From: Gemmatales bacterium
Lineage (GTDB): Bacteria; Planctomycetota; Planctomycetia; Gemmatales; HRBIN36
Direction: 5' to 3'
NCBI GenBank assembly: GCA_041640595.1
Contig: JBEPZY010000009.1
Coordinates: forward strand, 96,001 to 160,000
DNA length: 64,000 nucleotides
The notes beneath the pieces are model-generated. The model was given only the letters and a program-made list of their open reading frames with translations, had not been told where the DNA came from and did not search any database. The position numbers and the translations under genes are program-made. Below, one piece after another: positions 49,023 through 59,780 of this stretch. Numbering within the stretch: position 1 is the first letter of the stretch; each line of letters begins with the position of its first letter.

Positions 49023-50936
49023 ATGCTGGGCGTTCTGGTCATCGAAACTCCCTACGCTTCGCTTGACCGACTCGGCTCCGCCTGGGCTGGCTGGCTCAAT
49101 AGTGCAGGGGTGTGCGCTCTGCTGTTCCTGCTGGCGGGCGAAATTCTGCGCTGGACATTTGGTCGGGGAAGTCTCGTCATTCATGGGCTGGCTGGGAACT
49201 TGAGCCAGCTCACCATGCAAGAAGTTTGGAAACGGCGAACGCTGTGGTTGTGGTTGAGCCTGATTGCAGTGGGTTTACTGACCGCGGCCATCGCTTTGCT
49301 CCTGGCTCGCCGCAGTCCCGACACGTATTCCCCGTGGCGAACCATAGCCGTTCGCGCCTGGCAGGTCAGTGCCATAGCGGCTATCCTGGCCTTTGCCTGG
49401 GAGTTTATCCTGGAGTTACTGGTTTGTCGCTGGCGGCGTATCTGGGCGGTGGCCCGTCTGGTTATCCTCGAATCCATCCGCCAAAAAGCACTCTGGGGCT
49501 TTGCTGTGTTGTTGCTCCTGGTTCTGGTGGGAAGCTGGTTCATCCAGGTGGAACAGCGCGATCAATGGCGGACCTACGTGGACATTTTTTATCGAACGTT
49601 GATGCTGCTGATGGTGATTACGGCTTCGGTGCTGGCCTGTTTCGGGATTCCCAATGATCTGCGTCGGCAAACGATCCATTTGCAGGTAACTAAACCCATT
49701 CGGCGGCTGGAAATCCTGCTGGGACGCATCATCGGCCTGATCGTGCTGATGACCGCGATGCTGTTCATCATTGGTAATCTTGGATTTTTGTATGTGTTGC
49801 GCGAAGTTTCTCCTGAGGCGCGAGCTTCCACGATGCGGTCGAGGCTATACCAGCTTGGAGAGCTCCATTTCGAGGAGCTCGACAACGAAGGCAACTGGCA
49901 GCGTAAGAGCACCGGTACGGATGTCGGAGAGGAATTCACTTACCGCTCGCACATTCGGGGTGGGGCACCCCAGGAGGCAGTGTGGACTTTTAGGCAGCTG
50001 CCGCCGCATTTGTTTGACAAGAACTGGCAGCAGCGCAATCGTCGGCTGGTTGCCGAATTCATGTTCGACATCTACCGCATGACTCGCGATTATGAACGCG
50101 GCGGAGCCGGAGGAGTGGCGGTGCTCATCCGCTTCATCAACACCCGGTTGTGGGATGCCGCCCTCGAAGCTCAATATCGCCAGGAAGCCCAGGAGTTGCG
50201 GTATCGGCAGGATTGGGAGGAGGTGCTGGCGAAGAAATACGGTTTTTACGAGGTCCCGCTCCATATCGCCGACCTGCGCACTTATAGCGTGGATTTTCCG
50301 GTGGCCATTATCGAGCGACTGCAAGAAGGGGGAGGCTTGTTGCAGGTTCGTGTCTCCTGCCGCAGTTTCGGACAGTATCTGGGCATGGGGCCGAACGACC
50401 TGTATCTGGTGGTTGGCGAAAGCAGCCTGTACCTGAACTTCATGAAAGGGCTGGTAGGCATCTGGGCGATGACGGTGATGGTGATTGTGCTGGGAAGCTG
50501 CTTCAGCACTTACACCGGAGCCCTGGCCAGCCTGTTGCTCTGCTGGTCGCTCATGTTTCTGGGCATCCCACCGGTGCAGCAGTTTTTAGGCCAGCTTGGT
50601 CCAAGCACCATCCATCGCATGGACGTCAACCCCGGTGGTGGCCCCTTAGAAGCGCTCTACCGTCTGGCACGCGGTATGACCATGTCCGCACCTTTGCCCG
50701 ACCACTGGGGCATTGAATTGATGCGGCAGATAGATACGGGATACGGCTACTTGTTTAATGCAGTGGCGAATATCGTTCCTGACCTGTACCAGTATGACCG
50801 GACCTTGCATGTGAGCGAAGGATTCAACATCCCGGGTGGCGAACTGGTAATGAGCCTGATCCTTCTGGGCGGCTACGTGCTGCCATATCTTCTGGCGGGT
50901 TATTATCTGCTCAATGCCCGCGAGATTGCTGCATAG
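49023..50936 (+). CDS. ABC-2-type transporter permease with large extracytoplasmic domain
   Basis: Multiple TM segments; IPNDLRRQTIHLQVTKPIRRLEILLGRIIG; AAGGAG RBS. Confidence 0.85.
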   Translation: MLGVLVIETPYASLDRLGSAWAGWLNSAGVCALLFLLAGEILRWTFGRGSLVIHGLAGNLSQLTMQEVWKRRTLWLWLSLIAVGLLTAAIALLLARRSPDTYSPWRTIAVRAWQVSAIAAILAFAWEFILELLVCRWRRIWAVARLVILESIRQKALWGFAVLLLLVLVGSWFIQVEQRDQWRTYVDIFYRTLMLLMVITASVLACFGIPNDLRRQTIHLQVTKPIRRLEILLGRIIGLIVLMTAMLFIIGNLGFLYVLREVSPEARASTMRSRLYQLGELHFEELDNEGNWQRKSTGTDVGEEFTYRSHIRGGAPQEAVWTFRQLPPHLFDKNWQQRNRRLVAEFMFDIYRMTRDYERGGAGGVAVLIRFINTRLWDAALEAQYRQEAQELRYRQDWEEVLAKKYGFYEVPLHIADLRTYSVDFPVAIIERLQEGGGLLQVRVSCRSFGQYLGMGPNDLYLVVGESSLYLNFMKGLVGIWAMTVMVIVLGSCFSTYTGALASLLLCWSLMFLGIPPVQQFLGQLGPSTIHRMDVNPGGGPLEALYRLARGMTMSAPLPDHWGIELMRQIDTGYGYLFNAVANIVPDLYQYDRTLHVSEGFNIPGGELVMSLILLGGYVLPYLLAGYYLLNAREIAA

Positions 50937-50975
50937 GCCTGATACTTCCGACTGGTTGGAGCAAAGGAGCCGGCC

Positions 50976-53132
50976 ATGATTCAGGAGACTTTTACCAGCA
51001 CACGCTGGCGGAAGCTGATTTACACTGCGCTGATCCTGGTGCTGTTTGTCGCCATGCTGGTGCATCGTCGCGAGGTGGTCGAAAAGAAGGCGGAGCAGCA
51101 CAGTTTGACGGAAACGAATCTGGCGCAGGTGGATTTAGGCGGCTCAGCAGCGCGGTTCATTTTGACGAGCTTCCGCGGGCCACTGGTTTGCTTGCTCTGG
51201 TGGGAATCGCGGGCCTTATTCACGCGCAAAGAATGGGGCCGCCTGGAACTGATCTTGCGCGCCATCACTAAACTGCAACCACATTTCCGAGGCCCGTGGG
51301 AATTTATGGGCTGGGACCTGGCTTACAACGTCGCCGTGGAGTTTGACGCTGCCGAAGACAAGTATCTGTATGTCGCCAAAGGTGTCAACTGGTTGGCAGA
51401 AGGTGAGCGCACTTTGCGGCGGCTGGCCTATGATCCGCAGACGCAATCTCGCAAAGAGGTCGGCAATCCCGATGTGCGGTGGTATATCGGCAACGTGATC
51501 CACCACAAGATCATTTACAGCGACGAAGCTGCCATTTTCCGTTGCTTTTTCCACCTGGGTTGCATTCCTCCGGAATTGTGGGATCCCGATGTGCTGCAAC
51601 AAAACCCGGACCGCCTGCGGGAATTCAAGCGCACCTATCCGGTCTTCACAGAGTATTTGCGGCGATTCCGGCACATTGCGGAAGGTGCCGAGGCTCCCAT
51701 GGATGATGCGATTGTGCAATTCTGCCGGCAATACCGGGGCGTCGTCGGGCGGTATCGCTTACTGACAGGGGGACAGGCCTCGCGTCTGAAACAGCCGGAC
51801 GAGATGCCTTTCCCGATCTGGCCTCGCGAAGTAGATTTGCCACCTCGGTATCACCCCGACACTCACCTGGAAAAAGAACAGGAGCCGCACGAAATCCTTT
51901 ACCACTGGAGCGTCTTTGCCCAGGAACCGTTGCCGCCATTCGACCCGGAAAACCCGTTCCAGAGCGAAACCAGTCGGCTCTATCAGAATACCAAGAAAAG
52001 CCCATACTTCTTCCGTGCTCATCCAGCCCGAGCGAAAGGCATGAAGGCTCGGCATCTGGGCAAAGATGGTTGGCCAGAAGAGGCCCAGCAAGCCTGGGCG
52101 GAATCTTACGAAGAATGGGTGCGGTTCGGGCGACTGGTGGGGCTTCTGCGTCCCCCGGAGGAAATGCAACTGCTCCAGCAACAGGCGCAGGAGCTGACCC
52201 GGCGTTATCCAGCTTTTCTTCAGACTGGCCAGCTACCGCCTGAAGCCACGCGTGATCCTGATGCCTTGCGATGGTACCGTGCCTGGCGGACGCTGGAACA
52301 GATGAACAGCAACCGTGGGCCGTTCGATACGTGGATGGTGTTATCAGTCAATGGCCAAACCGAAAAATCCAAAGAAGCCCGACGCCTTGCCTTTGTGGCC
52401 GATCGCAAGCTGGCCGGACACACCCTGCAGGCTATCGAAACTTATCAGCAGAGCTTCGATTTGTGGCGGGATTTGCTGACGCGACCGTTTCATCCGGCCC
52501 GCGACGGGACAGTGCTGCTCGGTTTGCACCCGGAGGCTGGCCAGTTCCCCATCTGGGCAGTGCTCTGGCAGAAACTTCTTGGCAGCGCTTATCGGCAGGT
52601 GTTTTACACCGATCACCACGGAGCCTTCCTGCTCAGTCTGGGTAGCGCTGCTGGTGCACCGTGGACGGCGGGCTGGCCGGTTGGTTTGATGCTGCAGGAT
52701 GTTGGTCCGCTGATGCGCACTCCTTACGGCCGCAATGATCAGGTTCAGCGGGAGATTGTGGACATGGAAATCAATTACATGCGTTTGTGGGCTGAGAGAG
52801 AAGCGCCACACTGGTTGCCGGTCGGTTCGGGCTTGCATTTGCTGACGCACTGGGGGCTGGGAACCGCTACCCCGGCTACGAATCTGGTTGCCACCCTGTT
52901 GCCGCGACCCGGCCAGCTTTCGCTCGAAAACTGGGAATATTTACTCGAACGTATGCCAGGCCCGCTGGACGATGTTCTGCCCAAAGGTGCCCGTGAATCG
53001 GCAGAATCGACCCTCTTCCGCAGTGGTATAGGTGCCCAGCGCCGCTTGATTTCTCCGGAAGAGGTGCAGGAGTTGCCCCCGCTTCTGGAAAAAATGAAAA
53101 AGCCGACTCCCGATACGCTGGGCAAGCCGTGA
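50976..53132 (+). CDS. Hypothetical membrane-anchored protein co-transcribed with the ABC transporter
   Basis: AAGGAG RBS; N-terminal TM; ITKLQPHFRGPWEFMGWDLAYNVAVEFD helical motif. Confidence 0.8.
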   Translation: MIQETFTSTRWRKLIYTALILVLFVAMLVHRREVVEKKAEQHSLTETNLAQVDLGGSAARFILTSFRGPLVCLLWWESRALFTRKEWGRLELILRAITKLQPHFRGPWEFMGWDLAYNVAVEFDAAEDKYLYVAKGVNWLAEGERTLRRLAYDPQTQSRKEVGNPDVRWYIGNVIHHKIIYSDEAAIFRCFFHLGCIPPELWDPDVLQQNPDRLREFKRTYPVFTEYLRRFRHIAEGAEAPMDDAIVQFCRQYRGVVGRYRLLTGGQASRLKQPDEMPFPIWPREVDLPPRYHPDTHLEKEQEPHEILYHWSVFAQEPLPPFDPENPFQSETSRLYQNTKKSPYFFRAHPARAKGMKARHLGKDGWPEEAQQAWAESYEEWVRFGRLVGLLRPPEEMQLLQQQAQELTRRYPAFLQTGQLPPEATRDPDALRWYRAWRTLEQMNSNRGPFDTWMVLSVNGQTEKSKEARRLAFVADRKLAGHTLQAIETYQQSFDLWRDLLTRPFHPARDGTVLLGLHPEAGQFPIWAVLWQKLLGSAYRQVFYTDHHGAFLLSLGSAAGAPWTAGWPVGLMLQDVGPLMRTPYGRNDQVQREIVDMEINYMRLWAEREAPHWLPVGSGLHLLTHWGLGTATPATNLVATLLPRPGQLSLENWEYLLERMPGPLDDVLPKGARESAESTLFRSGIGAQRRLISPEEVQELPPLLEKMKKPTPDTLGKP

Positions 53133-53297
53133 CGGGCAAGTTTGTGGTACTGCCCGGCTTGGCTTTTCTGTATTAGCGGCTCGCCGTAACATCACCGCGT
53201 CTGCCGGAAAATGCCCTGCCCACGCTGTTACGGCTTGCTTTGACGAAGGGAAGCGAGGCTGCTATGTTTCATCATCGGTACGCTAACCAACTGAACT

Positions 53298-53320
53298 GGG
53301 GCGAGCCTACTGCTCGCCCC
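53298..53320. terminator. GC-rich hairpin between convergent genes
   Basis: GGGGCGAGC-ctact-GCTCGCCCC perfect 9-bp stem; no clear T tail. Confidence 0.45.
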
Positions 53321-53395
53321 GACTGCTGACGCATACTGTTTTCCACATCCGTTCGGACTGCGTCAACTTTTCCGCCGCGCTAACCCATCAGCGTA

Positions 53396-53806
53396 TCAAT
53401 GTCCGGCTGGTCCAGGCATGGGACAAGTGGCCGGCGTAGTCGGTACTGCCCATTGCATCGTCGGGCTGACGAAGACCGGGGCGTATTGAGGCCGACCACA
53501 GTATCCGTAAGGTCCACACATGCCTGCCCCACCGCCGTTGATCTGATAACCGTGGAACTTGTAATAGGTTACCCAGTCAATATGCGCCAGCCGTCCGTAG
53601 TAATGCTCCAGGGCATCATAGTAGTCGTGCCAGAACTTGAGCCAGCGCTCTTCCTCGGTGGTGCAATGGCTGCGATTGAAGCGAGTCCAGAATGCCCAGC
53701 GAGGCTGATAGCCGCCATAGTTGAGGGTGCCCCAATCGGCGTGGCTCACGTGTGTGCTAGCCAGAACGCCCAGCCCCACCAGCGCCCACACAACCAGCTT
53801 TCTCAT
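53396..53806 (-). CDS. Small secreted Trp/Tyr/Gly-rich protein
   Basis: AAGGAG RBS; signal peptide MRKLVVWALVGLGVLASTHVSHA. Confidence 0.8.
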   Translation of the reverse strand: MRKLVVWALVGLGVLASTHVSHADWGTLNYGGYQPRWAFWTRFNRSHCTTEEERWLKFWHDYYDALEHYYGRLAHIDWVTYYKFHGYQINGGGAGMCGPYGYCGRPQYAPVFVSPTMQWAVPTTPATCPMPGPAGH

Positions 53807-54522
53807 GAGTTTCTCCTTTCCCCGACTGGCTTGCGGCGAGTCCCACCCAGGCTTATGGGTCGCTCGGTATCGGCCTGAGTTGCTCGCTCCGCTTTTCGTG
53901 CTTCCCTAATCTTTCCCGCTCGCTTGTTCTACTTTCCCTGCGTGCAATACACTTATCGGCTATTTCGACCGAAAAATACGCTAAATCCGCCGCAACACCG
54001 TTCCTGCTCGAAACCCCCAGAATAAGAAGGTTCGCACAAAGCCGGAATTTCCCTTTTCCGCCTTATACGAATCCCCTATGCTCGAATTGGGCAAACTCCT
54101 CCAGCCTGCACTGGACGGTATCGGACACACTGAAGTTTGCGGCTGTGTGGTGATGCGGATGATCGAATCGCGCATGTGCAGCGTGTCGAGTACACTGAAG
54201 TTTTCGGCTGGTGCTATTGGGACTGAAGTTGATGGTTATCCAGCGCCGACTGCCGAGTTCACAGAGGCTTGCGGCTGGCGCTGATTTTCTCCGCAAAACC
54301 ATCCGCTTTGGTACGACCAGCCGGTTTCTGCAACAGCGATGTCGAGCAGCAACCGGATAATGCGAGTCGATCGCTCGCCAAACTGACTTGACAACCGCGG
54401 ATTGCGGTTTGGAGCCGCAGGATAATGGGAGTAGAGCGCTCGCCGAGCCAATCGGTTTGTGCAACTGCCTGGGCTGCCAAACCCGCTATTGCGTTTACGC
54501 AATCGCCGGCAACTACCATGTC

Positions 54523-54551
54523 TTGACGGGGCGTTTGCGTGGTTCGATAAT
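54523..54551 (+). promoter_or_regulatory. Putative sigma70 promoter
   Basis: TTGACG-N17-GATAAT about 50 nt upstream of the DUF1552 gene. Confidence 0.5.
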
Positions 54552-54603
54552 AGTAATGGTGAATTGTACCCACCCTTTACGCCCTCCCTAACGGAGACCC
54601 GCC

Positions 54604-55932
54604 ATGGCCCGACGAATTTCCCGCCGAACCGTCCTCAAAAGCATGGGAGCGACGATTGCCCTGCCTTTGCTCGACGCGATGTTGCCGATGTCATCGTCAG
54701 CGGCTCCGTCGCAAACCAAGCCTGTGAAACGGCTGGCCTTCTTTTACGTTCCCAACGGTATCCACATGCCCGCATGGACGCCGCAAGCTGTCGGGCGAAA
54801 TTTCGATTTGCCCTATATCCTCGAGCCGCTCCGGCCATTCCAGGATGACCTGCTGGTGCTGAGCGGACTCACTCTGGACAAGGCCCGACCCAACGGCGAC
54901 GGTCCCGGCGACCATGCACGAGCCATGGCATCGTTTCTGACCGGCGTGCAGGCCCGCAAAACTGCGGGGGCGGATATTCGAGCGGGTATCTCCGTCGATC
55001 AGGTCGCGGCCCGGCATTATGGTAAACAGACCCGCTTTCCATCCTTAGAGCTTGGTTGCGAACCTAGCCGCACCAGTGGCAATTGCGATTCGGGTTACAG
55101 TTGCGCTTATTCCTCGACGATCTCCTGGCGGGGCGAGTCCACGCCTTTGCCCAAGGATATCAATCCCCGCTCGGTGTTCGATCGCTTATTCGGTCGTGGC
55201 GGTGGCATCGGGGGAGTGGGCAAGCCAGAACGGCAAAAGAGCATTCTCGATTTCGTCCTTGAGGAGGCCAACGATCTGCGTCGGCAACTCGGTCGCAACG
55301 ACCAGCGTAAACTCGATGAGTATTTCACCGCCGTGCGGGAAATCGAACAGCGCATCGCTCGGGCAGAAAAGGAGAATGAGCAGAACGTCGTTGGCTTCAA
55401 TCGGCCCAACGGCATTCCTCCCGAATATGCCGAGCACATCCGGTTACTGTGCGACCTACTGGTGCTGGCATTCCAAACCGACCAGACACGCATCGCCACC
55501 ATGGTTTTTGCCAATGAGGGAAGCAACCGCAGTTACCGGTTCATTAACATCCCCGACGGACACCATGATCTGTCGCACCACGGCCGCGACCCGGTTAAAC
55601 TCGATAAGATTCGCGCCATCAACCGCTTCCACATGGAGCAGTTCGCTCGCTTCATCGGGAAACTGAAAGCGATTCCCGAAGGCGATGGCACACTGCTGGA
55701 CAACTGCATGATCGTTTACGGCAGTGGTATCGGCGACGGTAACCGTCACAATCACGACGACCTTCCTATTTTGCTGGTGGGTAAAGGCGGCGGTGCAATT
55801 AAGACCGGCCGGCATTTACGTTATCCGAAGGAAACGCCTCTCATGAACCTGTTCCTGGTTCTGCTCGACCAGCTCGATATCCATCTCGACAAATTCGGCG
55901 ACAGCACTGGCCGGCTGCCGGATTTGGTCTGA
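54604..55932 (+). CDS. DUF1552-domain protein with Tat-like signal
   Basis: ISRRTVLKSMGATIALPLLDAM, FFYVPNG, ISVDQVAA, FPSLELG, CDSGYSCAY, HHDLSHH, GDGNRHNHDDLP. Confidence 0.93.
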   Translation: MARRISRRTVLKSMGATIALPLLDAMLPMSSSAAPSQTKPVKRLAFFYVPNGIHMPAWTPQAVGRNFDLPYILEPLRPFQDDLLVLSGLTLDKARPNGDGPGDHARAMASFLTGVQARKTAGADIRAGISVDQVAARHYGKQTRFPSLELGCEPSRTSGNCDSGYSCAYSSTISWRGESTPLPKDINPRSVFDRLFGRGGGIGGVGKPERQKSILDFVLEEANDLRRQLGRNDQRKLDEYFTAVREIEQRIARAEKENEQNVVGFNRPNGIPPEYAEHIRLLCDLLVLAFQTDQTRIATMVFANEGSNRSYRFINIPDGHHDLSHHGRDPVKLDKIRAINRFHMEQFARFIGKLKAIPEGDGTLLDNCMIVYGSGIGDGNRHNHDDLPILLVGKGGGAIKTGRHLRYPKETPLMNLFLVLLDQLDIHLDKFGDSTGRLPDLV

Positions 55933-56310
55933 TACCTGGTGCGTGGGTAAACCTAACGGATTGCGCTCGCGTCGTCAGTCCGCTATCACTCTGCGCGATA
56001 AAGTTCCGTTCGGCTTGGTTTTACGCTGAGACTATATCTGGCGGTCGTCATCCGGCATAAAGCGCGAGTGCCTGTACGGAAGGTCGGTTGCTCATGTGCG
56101 TGCGTGATTTTTGCGCCGCCGGTTCAGGAACCCCGGTCTAAGTTTTCTTTTGCGCGGATGGTTAGCCACAGATCCTGCCCAGTGGTAGTATCTGCGCTCT
56201 GCATCGCAACAAGTCTAATGTTGTCCCTGGTCGGTTTTTTCGCTAAACGTGATAAAGGACGTAGCCGGTCTGAACAGAGCCATCACGGGGCATCTAAGTA
56301 AAGGAGGCCA

Positions 56311-58437
56311 ATGATGCGGTTACGAATGCTCATCGTATGCTTGCTCATTCCCCTAAGTGAATGGGTTTGCTTAGTCCCGCACTTATACGGGCAGGAAAAG
56401 CCGAAGGTCGCCGGCAAATTGCAGGTGAAAGCTACCATCCCTGAGCGACCGGGGAAACGTCCCATTACCGTGGAGGATATCTGGCAGGTGAAACGCATTG
56501 GCCGGATATCGCTGTCTCCCGACGGACGCTGGGTGGTCGCAGAAGTTACCAGTTATGACATGGAACAAAACGAGTCGAACACCGATTTATATTTATTTAG
56601 CACTGAAGGCCACCCAGCCCGTCAACTCACCACGCATCCGGCCAGCGATACGCATCCCGTCTGGTCTCCGGATGGGCGATGGATCGCCTTTATTTCCAAA
56701 CGTCAGGGCGACATCGCTCAGGTATGCCTGATTGCTCCCGATGGTGGCGAAGCACGAGTCGTTTCTAAGTTTCCATCGGACGCCGTTGGTATCAAGTGGT
56801 CCCCTGACAGCAAGATGATCTACTGCGTGGTCTGGACCTGGCCGGATACACCGGACGATGAAAGCCACAAGCGCCGGGAAAAGGAACGCAAGGAGCGCAA
56901 ATCGCAGGCCGCGATCATTGACGGAGCATTATTTCGTTACTGGGACCGGTGGCTGACCGATGGTAAAGTGCCGGTACTGTTCGCACTGGATATTGCCACC
57001 GGGCAGCACCGTAATCTGTTCGCAGGACTGAACATTCATCTCATCCCCACAAGCGTCTCCGCTGACGATTTCGACATTGCTCCCGACCATTCCGAGCTTT
57101 GCTTCGTCGCCGACAGTAGCAAGGACTTTGGCCGTGAATTCAACGCCGACCTGTATATTCTATCTTTAGGTAACAAGCGCACACTAACTAACATTACCGC
57201 CGACAACCTCGGCCAGGATTTCTCACCCCGCTATAGTCCCGACGGTAAGTACCTCGCTTTTCTGCGACAGACTACCCGTTACTTCTATGCGGATCGGCAA
57301 AGGCTTATGGTTTACGACCGTTCGACCCGCCAGCATCGGGAAATCACAGCCCAATTCGCTCGCTCCTGCTCGAATCCTGTCTGGCATCCCGCATCGCGCT
57401 TTATATATTTTGAGGCGGAAGATCAGGGTTATGTTAGACTTTACCGTGTGGGACTGGAACAGGGCAATATCGAGCCTCTGACGAGCGGTTACAGCGATCG
57501 GTCGGCGGCATTATCACGGGACGGGAATCGTTTGGTGTTTTTGCGGTCGGACTTCGGCTTGCCTCCCACCCTCATTGCCATGAACCTGGAAACGCACACC
57601 CTTCGGCAATTAGACACTCTAAATCGGGAACTCGTAACTAGCTGGAATCTGGGCAAGGTTGAAGACGTGTGGTTCCCAGGTGCTGATGATAAGCCCGTGC
57701 AGATGTGGGTGGTCTATCCTCCCGAATTCGATAGGACTAAACGCTGGCCTCTATTGCAGATCGTCCACGGTGGGCCACATAATGCGATCACCAATGAATT
57801 TCATTTTCGCTGGAACTTGCACCTGTTTGCTTCTCGCGGTTATGTAGTCGCCTGTGTTAACTTCCACGGTTCCAGCGGGTTTGGTCAGGATTTCACCGAC
57901 TCCATTACCGGGGATTTAGCAAATAAGCCTTTTACCGACATTATGAAAGCCACCGACTATTTAGTGCAACAACCCTATATAGATAAAGAGCGATTAGCAG
58001 CGGCAGGAGCCAGTTATGGTGGCTATATGATCGCCTGGATTAACGGCCACACGGACCGATTCCGATGTTTAGTTTGCCACGCCGGCGTCTATAACTGGCA
58101 TAGCATGATGGCCTCTGACATCCTGAAGTTTCGCGAACGTGCCCTGGGTGCTCCTCCCTGGGAAAATATGGAGCGTGTGGATGCACAGTCGCCGCAACGG
58201 TTTTCCGCTCATTTCCGTACGCCCACACTTATTTCTCACGGCGAAAAAGATTATCGCGTTCCGGTTACGCAGGGGTTTGAGTTTTATAACACGTTGCGGC
58301 AGAAAGGAATTCCTACTCGACTAATTTACTTCCCCGATGAAAACCACTGGATTCTCAAGCCGCAAAACTCACGCCTTTGGTATGGTGAGGTTTTTGCCTG
58401 GCTGGAACGATATATCGGTCGGGGACCATCTAAGTAG
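56311..58437 (+). CDS. S9-family (prolyl oligopeptidase/dipeptidyl peptidase) serine peptidase with beta-propeller
   Basis: WSPDG repeats, VHGGP, GASYGG nucleophile, HGEKDYRV, FPDENH. Confidence 0.95.
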   Translation: MMRLRMLIVCLLIPLSEWVCLVPHLYGQEKPKVAGKLQVKATIPERPGKRPITVEDIWQVKRIGRISLSPDGRWVVAEVTSYDMEQNESNTDLYLFSTEGHPARQLTTHPASDTHPVWSPDGRWIAFISKRQGDIAQVCLIAPDGGEARVVSKFPSDAVGIKWSPDSKMIYCVVWTWPDTPDDESHKRREKERKERKSQAAIIDGALFRYWDRWLTDGKVPVLFALDIATGQHRNLFAGLNIHLIPTSVSADDFDIAPDHSELCFVADSSKDFGREFNADLYILSLGNKRTLTNITADNLGQDFSPRYSPDGKYLAFLRQTTRYFYADRQRLMVYDRSTRQHREITAQFARSCSNPVWHPASRFIYFEAEDQGYVRLYRVGLEQGNIEPLTSGYSDRSAALSRDGNRLVFLRSDFGLPPTLIAMNLETHTLRQLDTLNRELVTSWNLGKVEDVWFPGADDKPVQMWVVYPPEFDRTKRWPLLQIVHGGPHNAITNEFHFRWNLHLFASRGYVVACVNFHGSSGFGQDFTDSITGDLANKPFTDIMKATDYLVQQPYIDKERLAAAGASYGGYMIAWINGHTDRFRCLVCHAGVYNWHSMMASDILKFRERALGAPPWENMERVDAQSPQRFSAHFRTPTLISHGEKDYRVPVTQGFEFYNTLRQKGIPTRLIYFPDENHWILKPQNSRLWYGEVFAWLERYIGRGPSK

Positions 58438-58483
58438 CCGACACCACAATCAAGCACCCAATTAGAATGGCGAAAACCCGGTC

Positions 58484-59689
58484 TTAGCGTAAGGCTTCTA
58501 AGGGACGCAGGCGCGTGGCTATCCAGGAGGGTATTAGTCCGCCGAGTAATCCCATCAGCAGCGTGAACGAAAAAGCGGTCTTCAACACAAAAGGCGTTAC
58601 GGTGATCTGAAAGACAACAGTTTTTCCGCCGCCCTGACCGGAGCTGATGAAACTCTTTTGTTCTATGCCGTGAAACAGGCTGCCAATGAGCATGCCGGTC
58701 AGCCCGCCGAGAAGTGCCAGCAGCATCGCTTCGATGAGAAACGAAAGCAGAATTTGCCAGCGCTGGTAACCGAGAATGCGGAGCACAGCAATATCTTTAG
58801 TTCGCTGGCTGACGGCAGCAAACATGGTGTTCATCAAGCCGAACATGCCGCCGACCGCCATAATGGCCGCAATAAAAAGTGCCGCGGCCAGAAACAGGGT
58901 GTTGGCCTCGGACATGCGCTCGTAATACTTCGGCTCCGGGATAGCACTAAGCTCTAAACCCGTACGGTCTTTCAGGGTGTCGGCAAACCATTGGGCTAGA
59001 GCGGGATCGCGAAGTCGAATAAGGATGGAAGTGAAAAACCGCTGGCCCCGTTCGACATTGTCTTTACCAAATTGCTGACCGACTACTTCTCGCTTGGCCC
59101 AGGTTTCTGAATCAAACGGTGAGCCGCGCGAATCTAATATACCGACCACTTTCCAGGTCAAGCCTTCGCGGATGTCAAAGGTGCTACCCACATCCAGGCC
59201 CAGCAAATTGGCAATACCCTCGCCCATAACGCACTCATCGCCGACCGAACTGAACCATCGTCCGCGCAACAAACGCAGGCCGTGAACCCGTGCGGCACGC
59301 TGCGGATCCATAACGCCCCGCAATTGCAAAAAGCGATAGCGCGGGCGACCGTCTCGTGGATCGGGCGGCAGTTGCTGAGTGGCGATGGCATAGATTTCCG
59401 CGCTGAACAAGGGTTCGCCGGCTTCGTCGGTAGCGACATACTCGTTCAGCCAGACACGAGCCAGGTCGGCAGTGTCGAGAATATCGCTGAACAATTCGTC
59501 GTTCGTACCCTCGCGCAGGACCAGCAAATTGTCCGGTCGGCCAGCGCGGCGAGCAAGCTCGTTGATACCTTCAACAAACGCCAGCATCACCACCAGTATG
59601 GCCACCACCAGCACGAAACCGAGAGCCGTCAAGGCAGTAACACGCCAGCGCACTATCAGATTCCGCAGGTTATAGCGAAGCGGGATCAT
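58484..59689 (-). CDS. MacB/FtsX-type ABC transporter permease
   Basis: YNLRNLIVRWRVTALT, MNTMFAAVSQRTKDIAVLRILG, RLRPLEALR. Confidence 0.92.
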   Translation of the reverse strand: MIPLRYNLRNLIVRWRVTALTALGFVLVVAILVVMLAFVEGINELARRAGRPDNLLVLREGTNDELFSDILDTADLARVWLNEYVATDEAGEPLFSAEIYAIATQQLPPDPRDGRPRYRFLQLRGVMDPQRAARVHGLRLLRGRWFSSVGDECVMGEGIANLLGLDVGSTFDIREGLTWKVVGILDSRGSPFDSETWAKREVVGQQFGKDNVERGQRFFTSILIRLRDPALAQWFADTLKDRTGLELSAIPEPKYYERMSEANTLFLAAALFIAAIMAVGGMFGLMNTMFAAVSQRTKDIAVLRILGYQRWQILLSFLIEAMLLALLGGLTGMLIGSLFHGIEQKSFISSGQGGGKTVVFQITVTPFVLKTAFSFTLLMGLLGGLIPSWIATRLRPLEALR

Positions 59690-59780
59690 CTATCAGGCCC
59701 CAGAATCTCGCCGATCGGTTCGTGGGAAGTTCGCATCTGCTAGTGGAGAAGCGAGGTCGCCCCAGAGCGCCAGGCCATCT

